Shown: piece after piece, positions 19,046 through 26,484 of the stretch
How the letters are laid out: every line of letters begins with the position of its first letter
Numbering within the stretch: the stretch's first letter is position 1
Virus record (IMG/VR): IMGVR_UViG_3300025369_000001
Span: 1 to 47,648 of that record
Reading direction: 5' to 3' (one strand)
DNA from: a virus
Taxonomy: Duplodnaviria > Caudoviricetes
Length of the DNA: 47,648 nt
Made by a program: the position numbers and the translations under genes
Notes under the pieces: model-generated
Told to the model about the DNA's origin: nothing
The model's database searches: none
The model's input: only the letters and a program-made list of their open reading frames with translations

Positions 19046-19479
19046 ATTTAACTACTCACTTTACTTTAGAAGAATTATTTTTTTCTGAAACAGCTTTAAG
19101 AAATAATATCGACAACACCACTCAAGATCCTGTGATCTTAGGCAACCTACAATATTTGGCTAATCAACTCGAACCCATTAGAGACTTACTTGGTCACCCT
19201 ATCCATATCAATAGTGCCTATCGATGCCTAGCGGTTAATACTCTATTAGGATCTAAAGACACTAGCTATCACTGTAAGGGCTTGGCGGCTGATATAATTT
19301 GCCCTAGCTTTGGAACTCCCAGAGATATTATCGAAGCCATTATTAAATCAGATATTCAATATGACCAATTAATCTGGGAATATCAAAGCTGGTGTCATAT
19401 TGGATTCGCAATACCAGGCAATAAACCTAGAATGCAAAAGCTTATTATAGATAAACAAGGTACTAGAGCTTATGAGTGA
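19042..19479 (+). CDS. endolysin, peptidase M15A family
   Basis: HFTLEE, INSAYRC, SYHCKGLAAD and WCHI zinc-peptidase motifs. Confidence 0.88.
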   Translation: MNLTTHFTLEELFFSETALRNNIDNTTQDPVILGNLQYLANQLEPIRDLLGHPIHINSAYRCLAVNTLLGSKDTSYHCKGLAADIICPSFGTPRDIIEAIIKSDIQYDQLIWEYQSWCHIGFAIPGNKPRMQKLIIDKQGTRAYE

Positions 19480-19684
19480 TATATTTGATGACGCATCCGA
19501 TTTAGAGATTTTGCAAAGAAATACTGCTATAAAATCTATTCAGGATAAAAAACCATTAGAAGCGACTGGTCATTGTTTATATTGCAATGAAGAAGTCAAG
19601 GCAAAAGAAAGATTTTGTACTGTGGATTGCAGGGATGATTATGATTTTGAGCAAAGAGTTAAGCATATAGCTGGCAAAATATAG
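19472..19684 (+). CDS. TraR/DksA-like C4 zinc-finger protein
   Basis: N-terminal DxxDxA (DIFDDA) plus CxxC...CxxxC. Confidence 0.65.
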   Translation: MSDIFDDASDLEILQRNTAIKSIQDKKPLEATGHCLYCNEEVKAKERFCTVDCRDDYDFEQRVKHIAGKI

Positions 19685-19712
19685 TCTATTTCGCACAGAA
19701 ACAGCCCTAGAA

Positions 19713-19850
19713 TCACTTTTTTTTATTTTTTGATACTCTCTTAAGCCACAATCTATATTCAACTGTTAAAACAGCCCATAAGACCATAGCAAATAATGCT
19801 ATTACGCAAAAACAAGCAATAAAAAATCCTACTTCTAAATTAAAGTCCAT
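19713..19850 (-). CDS. small membrane protein (45 aa; not in ORF track)
   Basis: MDFNLEVGFFIACFCVIALFAMVLWAVLTVEYRLWLKRVSKNKKK; overlaps the end of the upstream gene. Confidence 0.5.
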   Translation of the reverse strand: MDFNLEVGFFIACFCVIALFAMVLWAVLTVEYRLWLKRVSKNKKK

Positions 19851-20136
19851 TTTGAGATTCAACTACTCTTTTAATATCAATCTTTTCTCTTTCAAGTCTT
19901 TCAGCTACTAATTGAGCATAACCAGCAATATCATCCCAGTGATCTTTATGATTAGGATTGCCATATAAAATTCTGCTTAACTTAACCATTATCATGTGGA
20001 TTGATTCTTTTTGATCTGGTTCTAAATCTTCCCATGCAAAAAGACCTGTGATATTTTCCATAAACTCCTGGATAAAAGTAGCCTTTAGCATAAAGTCACC
20101 ATGAGTCTTTTCTCTTTCTTGAATTAGTTTAGACAT
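19840..20136 (-). CDS. conserved phage protein (DUF6378-like)
   Basis: ER..THG and KLSRI..G.....DHWDDIAGYA motifs. Confidence 0.75.
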   Translation of the reverse strand: MSKLIQEREKTHGDFMLKATFIQEFMENITGLFAWEDLEPDQKESIHMIMVKLSRILYGNPNHKDHWDDIAGYAQLVAERLEREKIDIKRVVESQNGL

Positions 20137-20222
20137 CTATAAATCTCCCATGCAAAGTAAGCATAGTAAATAACTAAAAAAATAGTAATCCATAGAATTG
20201 CTTTTTGCTCATTAAACTTCAT
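20124..20222 (-). CDS. small membrane peptide (32 aa; not in ORF track)
   Basis: MKFNEQKAILWITIFLVIYYAYFAWEIYRCLN fills the gap and overlaps both neighbours. Confidence 0.45.
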   Translation of the reverse strand: MKFNEQKAILWITIFLVIYYAYFAWEIYRCLN

Positions 20223-21168
20223 ATACAACTCCTCTAAAAGTGACGACTCCATCTTCTAAGACTTGCACAAGCTCTGGTGGTAAAAGCATTCCTTTGTAGA
20301 AGGTTAAGACTGCGAATCCTGATCTCCAATCCACAGGTGCATCTTCAGTGTAATTAATGAATTGATCGCCACCTATTTCAGCTAGGCAGCCAGTATCAAC
20401 ACCATAGCGAGTGCCATTATAGTCAGTTAAAGGAGTAACTTTAAGACTATGAAGATGACCAGTAACCATAGTGACACCAGAATTAAGAGAATTAGCTCTA
20501 ACTGCATTAATTCCACCCTTCCATCTATGCTTGATACAAACATCACCATTTACCCAAGTTGCCCAACAAGGTTTCCATGCAGGAAAATGGTCTTTTAAAT
20601 GAAATCCTTTTACAAACTCAAATTCTGGTACTTTATTAGCAAGGTGGGTTTCAAAGCGAGCATCATGGTTTCCTAAAGTCCAGGTAAGAAATGGACTAGG
20701 TTTAACTGTTTTAGCTGCATCTTCAATACCGCCAAGCATGGCTTTACAAGCATTAAGCTCATCAATAACAGAAGGCTTTTGCTCTAAGAAACCTAATCTG
20801 CCAAATCTTGATATACCAGCACCATCAAAAGCATCACCATTACAAACAATGAGTTTAGGTTTAAGCTCTTTGATAAATTTAATAAGAGCTTTATATGCAG
20901 TTGTAGGAACTGTATCCCAAAAATGAGCATCTGAGAAAACAATAGCTATACCATCTTCTATAGGGACATTGATTCTTGCTGAATGCCTTTCAATAAATGG
21001 CTTATCAGGATTACAATTTAACTGTACTGCATACCTAGCTTCAATAGCTCTGCGTCTTTGATTAATGCCTCTTACTTTCAAGCCAGTAGCTAAAGACATT
21101 TTAGTTACTGACTTGTGTTGATTCCAAAGTTTTATAAATTCATCATCTGTTAATAATGGTGTAGGCAT
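20212..21168 (-). CDS. calcineurin-like metallophosphoesterase with N-terminal HTH-like segment
   Basis: SDAH, NGD, GNHD and GHLH motifs. Confidence 0.85.
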   Translation of the reverse strand: MPTPLLTDDEFIKLWNQHKSVTKMSLATGLKVRGINQRRRAIEARYAVQLNCNPDKPFIERHSARINVPIEDGIAIVFSDAHFWDTVPTTAYKALIKFIKELKPKLIVCNGDAFDGAGISRFGRLGFLEQKPSVIDELNACKAMLGGIEDAAKTVKPSPFLTWTLGNHDARFETHLANKVPEFEFVKGFHLKDHFPAWKPCWATWVNGDVCIKHRWKGGINAVRANSLNSGVTMVTGHLHSLKVTPLTDYNGTRYGVDTGCLAEIGGDQFINYTEDAPVDWRSGFAVLTFYKGMLLPPELVQVLEDGVVTFRGVVYEV

Positions 21169-21198
21169 AACTGTCCTTTTTAAAAATGCTACTATACT

Positions 21199-21588
21199 CT
21201 AGTAGAAGGTTAATGCACCTATTTTTGTGATCTTTTTTAAACTCCATGGATTTTTAATACTGTCATCATGGAAAAATAAAGCTGTCTCACTTATGGGATT
21301 AGGGACATTCTTGAACATGACATCCCATGCTATCAGTTCGTGTTCTAAAATAATTTTGGTGGTGGGGAATTGGTGTTTACCTGTGGTTATATCTTTGATG
21401 CCTTCAAATTGAAATCTGCCATTCTTATTTGAATAAACAACTTCGCAGACATCTTTTCCAAATTTACCAGACCGCAAGCGGTTCATAATTGTATATCCCA
21501 CCGCTTGTTTCTCTTGTATTGTAGATCCTTCTGCATACATCGCTACTGCCATACAATTTAAAGATACTTGAGCTTCCATCATATCCAT
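21199..21588 (-). CDS. cell wall hydrolase (SleB/Hydrolase_2-like)
   Basis: CMAVAMYAE, AVGYTIMNR, VCEVV...QF, ALFFH and IG..TFY motifs. Confidence 0.8.
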   Translation of the reverse strand: MDMMEAQVSLNCMAVAMYAEGSTIQEKQAVGYTIMNRLRSGKFGKDVCEVVYSNKNGRFQFEGIKDITTGKHQFPTTKIILEHELIAWDVMFKNVPNPISETALFFHDDSIKNPWSLKKITKIGALTFY

Positions 21589-21625
21589 AAGTATTTCTCC
21601 TATATAAATTAAACCATCCTTGCGT

Positions 21626-22063
21626 CTAACTCTTTAAGATATTCCGATACCTTACCCCATCATTCCATACAAGGTCAAGCTTTGATTTTTCATACATATC
21701 AATAACCTTTTCTGGATATATCAATTTTGGTGGCTGATTTTCCAAACAAAAAGCATATACCAATGGTGCATTTTTACTGCTAAACCACTCCATAAACAAT
21801 GGAATCATTTTGACTTCTTTTTCTTTTATATTGAAGCTACCCTTCACCATAACTACAAAAGTCATGCTTTCGGTGACTACAAGATAATCAGGCAAATTTC
21901 TAAGCAAAGGGTTAATGCGATAAAAATTATCCACAGACTTGTATTTTTCATCGAAACCAACTCTGGTAATTTTAAAACCTTTTTCTTTACAGTAGTTTTC
22001 AAATAAAATCTCTCCTTTATTAATTACAGTTTGTCTTTCAGCATAAGTATTGTTTCCATTCAT
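21626..22063 (-). CDS. hypothetical protein, possible PD-(D/E)XK fold
   Basis: GE..F...PDY...VMVKG pattern; the second acidic residue is not obvious. Confidence 0.4.
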   Translation of the reverse strand: MNGNNTYAERQTVINKGEILFENYCKEKGFKITRVGFDEKYKSVDNFYRINPLLRNLPDYLVVTESMTFVVMVKGSFNIKEKEVKMIPLFMEWFSSKNAPLVYAFCLENQPPKLIYPEKVIDMYEKSKLDLVWNDGVRYRNILKS

Positions 22064-22851
22064 CTTATAAGATCCTCTGCCATTTTTTTAATACACCGCT
22101 CTTTTAAAGAATGATAAGTGTCATGGGGATTTGGCTTCAATCCTAATTCTTTAGCTTTATTCTCAATACCCTTATCGCTGAACATCCAAGTCTTGTCTTG
22201 CTTTTTTTCTTTTTCTTTCTCTAACCACTCAGCTTTAAATCCTGCCCAGCTGTTTTCTACACAAATTATGATAGTTTCATTCAAAGTCTTTTTAGCTTTA
22301 TCAGCTTCTCTTTGAATGCCTTTAAGAGCTGTAGCTGTCATTGGAAGCTTCTTTGCCCTTCTTAATTTTAAATAATCATTCCATACAGAGGGATCGACAC
22401 CTTCAGGTGGAGTATATATATCTTTAGTAGATGAAGATGAAGATGAAGATGAAGGGGTTAGATTTTGCTTAACCTTATTTTCAACCTTACCCTTATCCTT
22501 AAGATTAGGATTCCCACCTAATTTACCAAACTCAGCTCGCATATTTCTAAGGCTTTCATCCCTTATCATGCGCCTAGAGCATATAGATCCATCCTCATCA
22601 ATATCATAAACACCTGCTTCTTTTAATTCAGCAAGCCAACCTTCTACTATATCCAAAGATTCACCTACCATTCGAGCAAGGTTTGAAGGAAGGATAACCT
22701 TATTACCAACCTTAAGGTAACCATAAGGAGTACCTTCGTGCATGTAACAGATCATGTCCATCCATAATCCTCTAGCACCAGTTGAGCAAGTTCTTAAAGC
22801 TGTATCCCTTAACCAGTCCGAAGGATAAAATTGAAATGAGGGTCTTTTCAT
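22060..22851 (-). CDS. replication initiator (lambda O-like / DUF1376-like)
   Basis: FQFYPSDW...ARGLW N-domain, poly-Ser linker, W.DY...R..KK C-domain. Confidence 0.75.
   Translation of the reverse strand: MKRPSFQFYPSDWLRDTALRTCSTGARGLWMDMICYMHEGTPYGYLKVGNKVILPSNLARMVGESLDIVEGWLAELKEAGVYDIDEDGSICSRRMIRDESLRNMRAEFGKLGGNPNLKDKGKVENKVKQNLTPSSSSSSSSTKDIYTPPEGVDPSVWNDYLKLRRAKKLPMTATALKGIQREADKAKKTLNETIIICVENSWAGFKAEWLEKEKEKKQDKTWMFSDKGIENKAKELGLKPNPHDTYHSLKERCIKKMAEDLIR
22470..22714. repeat. iteron-like 20-bp direct repeat pair inside the initiator gene (candidate origin)
   Basis: TAACCTTATTTTCAACCTTA (22470-22489) and TAACCTTATTACCAACCTTA (22695-22714); each contains AACCTTA twice, 12 bp apart. 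Confidence 0.5.
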
Positions 22852-22955
22852 ACCATAACCTTTTTGAGTAGCACACCAAAAAAGGTAGCAATTCCCACTA
22901 GGGTAGGCATGAAGCCGACAGGGTACTTTAATGATGTGCTAATTGAAAAAGTCAT
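22848..22955 (-). CDS. putative 35-aa leader peptide coupled to the initiator gene
   Basis: AGGA RBS; MTFSISTSLKYPVGFMPTLVGIATFFGVLLKKVMV; stop overlaps the initiator start as ATGA. Confidence 0.5.
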   Translation of the reverse strand: MTFSISTSLKYPVGFMPTLVGIATFFGVLLKKVMV

Positions 22956-22990
22956 AATTTATCCTAGTTATAAGGCTTGCTACAGCCATG
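22855..22990 (-). promoter_or_regulatory. structured 5' leader with pseudoknot potential
   Basis: Hairpin GGCU-GUAGCA-AGCC, two downstream UGCUAC complements, and two 10-bp helices covering the initiator RBS. Confidence 0.6.
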
Positions 22991-23019
22991 ACGAGCAATA
23001 TATATTACTTATTTTAAAA

Positions 23020-23376
23020 TTACAAGATATTTATTTCAATCTCGCATTTACCGCCTTTTAAGATTTCACCTCTTCTTAAATACAATTCATCTATTTGACC
23101 ATCATCATCAAATAAACCAGATTGCACTAAAGCATCTTCAAGAGCCTTGATCCTATTGGATAGATCATTGACTCGCTTATCTTTAAAATACAAAGTTACA
23201 GTCAAAGAAATCCTTGATTTACCTAATGGCATGATATTTGCTTGTCTAACTGCAAAATCGACTTCAGCTTTAAAATTCTTAGCTTCAGTTGTTAAAAAGC
23301 GCCTATGACCATGAAATTTCCAATAGCCATTGTTTATGGTGGGCGGTAAAGGTAGAGTTAAAATAATGCTTGACAT
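23020..23376 (-). CDS. rusA: RusA-family Holliday junction resolvase
   Basis: LPLPPTIN and DLSNRIKALEDAL...DDDGQI motifs. Confidence 0.88.
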   Translation of the reverse strand: MSSIILTLPLPPTINNGYWKFHGHRRFLTTEAKNFKAEVDFAVRQANIMPLGKSRISLTVTLYFKDKRVNDLSNRIKALEDALVQSGLFDDDGQIDELYLRRGEILKGGKCEIEINIL

Positions 23377-23414
23377 ATATTTTTATTATAATATATCATT
23401 CGCTTGTAGTACAA
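23370..23414. promoter_or_regulatory. overlapping divergent sigma70 promoters
   Basis: Plus strand TTGACA(23370)-N18-TATCAT(23394); minus strand TTGTAC(23414)-N18-TATAAT(23390). Confidence 0.6.
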
Positions 23415-23444
23415 ACTTAATCATCGGACAGGAAAGGATTAGAA

Positions 23445-23717
23445 ATGACAGAAGTAGCTCAAATCAATCTTAATGACCGCATCAATCAATTGATGGTAGC
23501 CGAGTATTCCCCAAATAATTCCAAAAATATCGAAGAAGCCATGCCTGTTGTTTTAAAACAGCATAAATCACAGCTTCAAGAATATATGCAAAATCAGGAT
23601 TATTCGGAGCTTGGTTATTTAATCAGTAGAGCGATCAGAAATTACTGGTGGAATCATGCTCAAGAAAGAGCAGCCTGGGAATTTAATCAAGGATTAGGAG
23701 ATCCGTCAGACGAGTAG
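23445..23717 (+). CDS. hypothetical protein
   Basis: GAAAGGA RBS; first gene of the recombination operon. Confidence 0.65.
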   Translation: MTEVAQINLNDRINQLMVAEYSPNNSKNIEEAMPVVLKQHKSQLQEYMQNQDYSELGYLISRAIRNYWWNHAQERAAWEFNQGLGDPSDE

Positions 23718-23768
23718 TATAGTATTACCTGTAGTAATTTTTTTTTAATCATCATAAAGGACAGAAAT

Positions 23769-24302
23769 ATGAAATCATTTGTAGATTTAAAAGCAATCAA
23801 TGTCAATAAGCATACCGAGAAAAAAGGTAATCTTACCTATTTATCTTGGGCATGGGCAGTCGATCAGCTATTAACCAATGACCCAGCAGCGACTTGGGAA
23901 TATCAAGAGCCTAAACAATTTGGCGATACCTTAATGGTATTTTGCTCAGTTACAGCTTTTGGTAAAACCATGACTGCACAACTCCCAGTATTAGATTACA
24001 AAAATAAAGCAATACCAAATCCAGATGCTATGGCTGTAAATACTGCTATGCAAAGATGCTTAGCTAAAGCAATTGCGCTTCATGGTCTTGGTCTTTATAT
24101 CTATGCTGGTGAAGATGTACCTCAAGAAGTTCCACCATCCGATGACGAGTTAGATGCAGTTATCGACTATATCAATCAAGCAGAATCAGTAGATGCTCTT
24201 ATGGCAATCTTTAAAAATGCTTCTGAAAAGTATCCAAAAGAAACTCTTACTACCATTAGAGATGCTTTATCAATCAGAAGAAAACAATTGGAAAGTAAAT
24301 AA
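23769..24302 (+). CDS. Sak-like single-strand annealing protein (DUF1071)
   Basis: LTYLSWAWA and RCLAKAIALHGLGLYIYAGED motifs. Confidence 0.88.
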   Translation: MKSFVDLKAINVNKHTEKKGNLTYLSWAWAVDQLLTNDPAATWEYQEPKQFGDTLMVFCSVTAFGKTMTAQLPVLDYKNKAIPNPDAMAVNTAMQRCLAKAIALHGLGLYIYAGEDVPQEVPPSDDELDAVIDYINQAESVDALMAIFKNASEKYPKETLTTIRDALSIRRKQLESK

Positions 24303-24928
24303 TGATAGCTAATGATTGTATAGATTTAATTCAGGGAAGCCCAGAATGGATCACTGCTAGACTGGGCTTTGTTAGTGCCAGCAATATTGATAGTGTGATG
24401 TCAAAGGGTAAATCTGGCGAAGCTATTGGTCGAAAGAAATATAAAACTCGATTAGTTGCAGAAAGACTTACAGGTCAGCCAGTAGAATCTTATAGCAATG
24501 ATGCAATGGCATGGGGCGTGCAAACCGAAGGAGAAGCTCGTATGGCTTATGAAGCAGCCACAGGCACTTTTGTAGATCAGACAGGCTTTTGGAAACACCC
24601 AGAGATTCAATGGGTAGGATGTAGCCCAGATGGTCTTATAGGTGAAGATGGCGGATGTGAATATAAATGCCCCAACACAACAACTCATCTTGATTATCTA
24701 TTTACTCAAGAAATACCAAGCGATTATTACAAACAAATTCAAATGAATTTATGGGTTACTGGTCGTAAATGGTGGGATTTTTGCTCGTATGATCCAAGAC
24801 TTCCAGAGAAAAATAGATTATTTATTAAGAGAGTTGAGCGAGATAACCCAATGATCGAAGCAATGGAATTAGAAGTAAAACAATTTTTAAAAGAAGTAGA
24901 AGAATTAATCATTAAATTAGGAGAATAA
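24302..24928 (+). CDS. YqaJ-like (lambda-type) exonuclease
   Basis: QGSPEW...R.G..SAS, SPDG, EYKCP and Y..QIQ motifs. Confidence 0.9.
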   Translation: MIANDCIDLIQGSPEWITARLGFVSASNIDSVMSKGKSGEAIGRKKYKTRLVAERLTGQPVESYSNDAMAWGVQTEGEARMAYEAATGTFVDQTGFWKHPEIQWVGCSPDGLIGEDGGCEYKCPNTTTHLDYLFTQEIPSDYYKQIQMNLWVTGRKWWDFCSYDPRLPEKNRLFIKRVERDNPMIEAMELEVKQFLKEVEELIIKLGE

Positions 24929-24929
24929 T

Positions 24930-25103
24930 ATGTTCGGCAAAAAAGGACAGGCTCACCCTTTATCTAAATTAACAGATAAACAAAGATTTGAAATAAGAGC
25001 TTTAAAGAAAAAAATGCGACAAGTAGAAATAGCGCAACAGTTTGGCATTACACAAGGCGCAGTATCTAAAATTATGAATAACAGTAGATGGAGTTTACTA
25101 TAA
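24930..25103 (+). CDS. small HTH protein (57 aa; not in ORF track)
   Basis: GQAHPLSKLT...QVEIAQQFGITQGAVSKI...W; AGGAG RBS; TAATG overlap with ssb. Confidence 0.7.
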   Translation: MFGKKGQAHPLSKLTDKQRFEIRALKKKMRQVEIAQQFGITQGAVSKIMNNSRWSLL

Positions 25104-25513
25104 TGGCATCGGTCAATAAGGTAATTTTAATAGGTAATCTAGTTCGAGATCCTGAAACTAGAGCTTTCCCAGATGGATCACCAGTATGCAATATATCTAT
25201 TGCTTGTAATGAAAAGTACAAAGATAAAAATGGTGAAGCTAAAGAATTAGTTGAATATGTCAATATTGTATTCTTTGGCAAGCTTGCTGAGATAGCTAGT
25301 AAGTATTTAACTAAAGGCGGATCAGTTTATGTAGAAGGTAAGCTCAAGACCGAGAAATATAATGACAAGAATGGTATTGAGAAATACTCTACCAAAGTCG
25401 TGGCTTCAACTATGACTATGCTTGGCGGTAAATCTGAAACTAAGCCATCTCAACCACAAGAATTAAGACCTGCTGCTAGTTTTGATGATATGGATAGCGA
25501 TATACCTTTTTAA
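25103..25513 (+). CDS. ssb: single-stranded DNA-binding protein
   Basis: MASVNKVILIGNL start and DSDIPF tail; start re-placed at 25103. Confidence 0.93.
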   Translation: MASVNKVILIGNLVRDPETRAFPDGSPVCNISIACNEKYKDKNGEAKELVEYVNIVFFGKLAEIASKYLTKGGSVYVEGKLKTEKYNDKNGIEKYSTKVVASTMTMLGGKSETKPSQPQELRPAASFDDMDSDIPF

Positions 25514-25860
25514 AGGGTTTTACTATCAAAGCCAAAGAGTTCAGCAATCTCGGCAGCTTTAGTCCTAAAAGCTTTTCTATGCTGATTATATGAGGGTACA
25601 CCTTCAAGATATAAATGCAGGTGTACCATTTCATGGGCAATAGTGGTCACAAAAGTCACAAAATGCTCTTGGTGTTTAGTGCCTATAGTTAAAATATAGG
25701 GTTTCATATTCATAGTACCCATAAATTTTAGTTCTGGATCTACTATGAAGGTTATTTGACTGGCAGTAGGAAGCTTCCAATCTTTAAATGGCTTCATTTT
25801 CCTTAGCATACTGTAAATAGTAGCTACATCTTCAACTGTAATGGACTTAGACATAGGCAT
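25510..25860 (-). CDS. SprT-like zinc metallopeptidase
   Basis: TIAHEMVH (HExxH) plus downstream H...F. Confidence 0.7.
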   Translation of the reverse strand: MPMSKSITVEDVATIYSMLRKMKPFKDWKLPTASQITFIVDPELKFMGTMNMKPYILTIGTKHQEHFVTFVTTIAHEMVHLHLYLEGVPSYNQHRKAFRTKAAEIAELFGFDSKTL

Positions 25861-25892
25861 ATTTAACCATAATTCATGGTTTTAATGATTAC

Positions 25893-25998
25893 TTTGTATA
25901 GCAAAAAGAGCAATATTTTATATACAAACTACTTTGTATTGAATTTATTACATACAAATCTGTTTGTGTAGCAAAATGTGTAATATGTTACACACAAA
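25893..25998. repeat. three tandem TTTGTRT...AYACAAA inverted-repeat units
   Basis: Units at 25893-25928, 25933-25958 and 25963-25998; units 1 and 3 are 29/36 identical. Confidence 0.7.
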
Positions 25999-26040
25999 TG
26001 TACTAATATTTAGAACAATTGATCTACTAAGGAGAATAAT

Positions 26041-26112
26041 ATGTGGACAACACCAGCTGCAACAGAAATGCGATTTGGCTTTGAAGTAACAATGTATGTA
26101 ATGAACAAATAA
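26041..26112 (+). CDS. pqqA: pyrroloquinoline quinone precursor peptide PqqA (not in ORF track)
   Basis: MWTTPAATEMRFGFEVTMYVMNK, 23 aa, with MWxxP, RxGFE and ExxxY hallmarks; AAGGAG RBS at 26029-26034. Confidence 0.95.
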   Translation: MWTTPAATEMRFGFEVTMYVMNK

Positions 26113-26135
26113 GTTATACAAAAATATAACTTTTT

Positions 26136-26165
26136 AAAAGAGGGCTTAATTGCTCTCTTTTTTTT
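26136..26165 (+). terminator. intrinsic terminator after pqqA
   Basis: AAAAGAGGGC-TTAATT-GCTCTCTTTT followed by a T run. Confidence 0.8.
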
Positions 26166-26307
26166 ATTATTTGTCTATATATCACTTTTTTTGATTTAAT
26201 TCCTATAAGTGTTTCATTCAAAAGGGATTTGCCTGTATTTTGAGTGAAAACCATTTTTACAAAGAAATTAAGTTTATTTTATAAAAATTTCATGCACTTT
26301 TTTTATT

Positions 26308-26320
26308 TAAGTCATTGATT
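26308..26320 (-). promoter_or_regulatory. IHF-binding consensus site
   Basis: Minus strand AATCAATGACTTA matches WATCAANNNNTTR, with A/T tracts upstream. Confidence 0.5.
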
Positions 26321-26375
26321 TTATATATAAAAAATCATTTTTATTTTTTATTAAATGTAAAGCATACTTTACACT

Positions 26376-26391
26376 AGCAATATCCATGCCA
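26376..26391 (-). promoter_or_regulatory. sigma54 -24/-12 consensus element
   Basis: Minus strand TGGCATGGATATTGCT has GG-N10-GC spacing. Confidence 0.55.
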
Positions 26392-26484
26392 AACCACTTA
26401 AAATAATTAAAAAAATAATAGTATTTTTATCATAGTTCTGTATAATAGTTATTGCGGTATTAATCATCAATAAGGAGAGAAATC

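Noticed and set aside
22864-23061. 65-aa plus-strand ORF
   Set aside because: TTG start, no RBS, antisense to the rusA-rep operon and the structured leader
25893-25998. Mini CRISPR array
   Set aside because: Only two 36-bp copies at 29/36 identity, the intervening sequence is itself a related palindrome, and there are no cas genes
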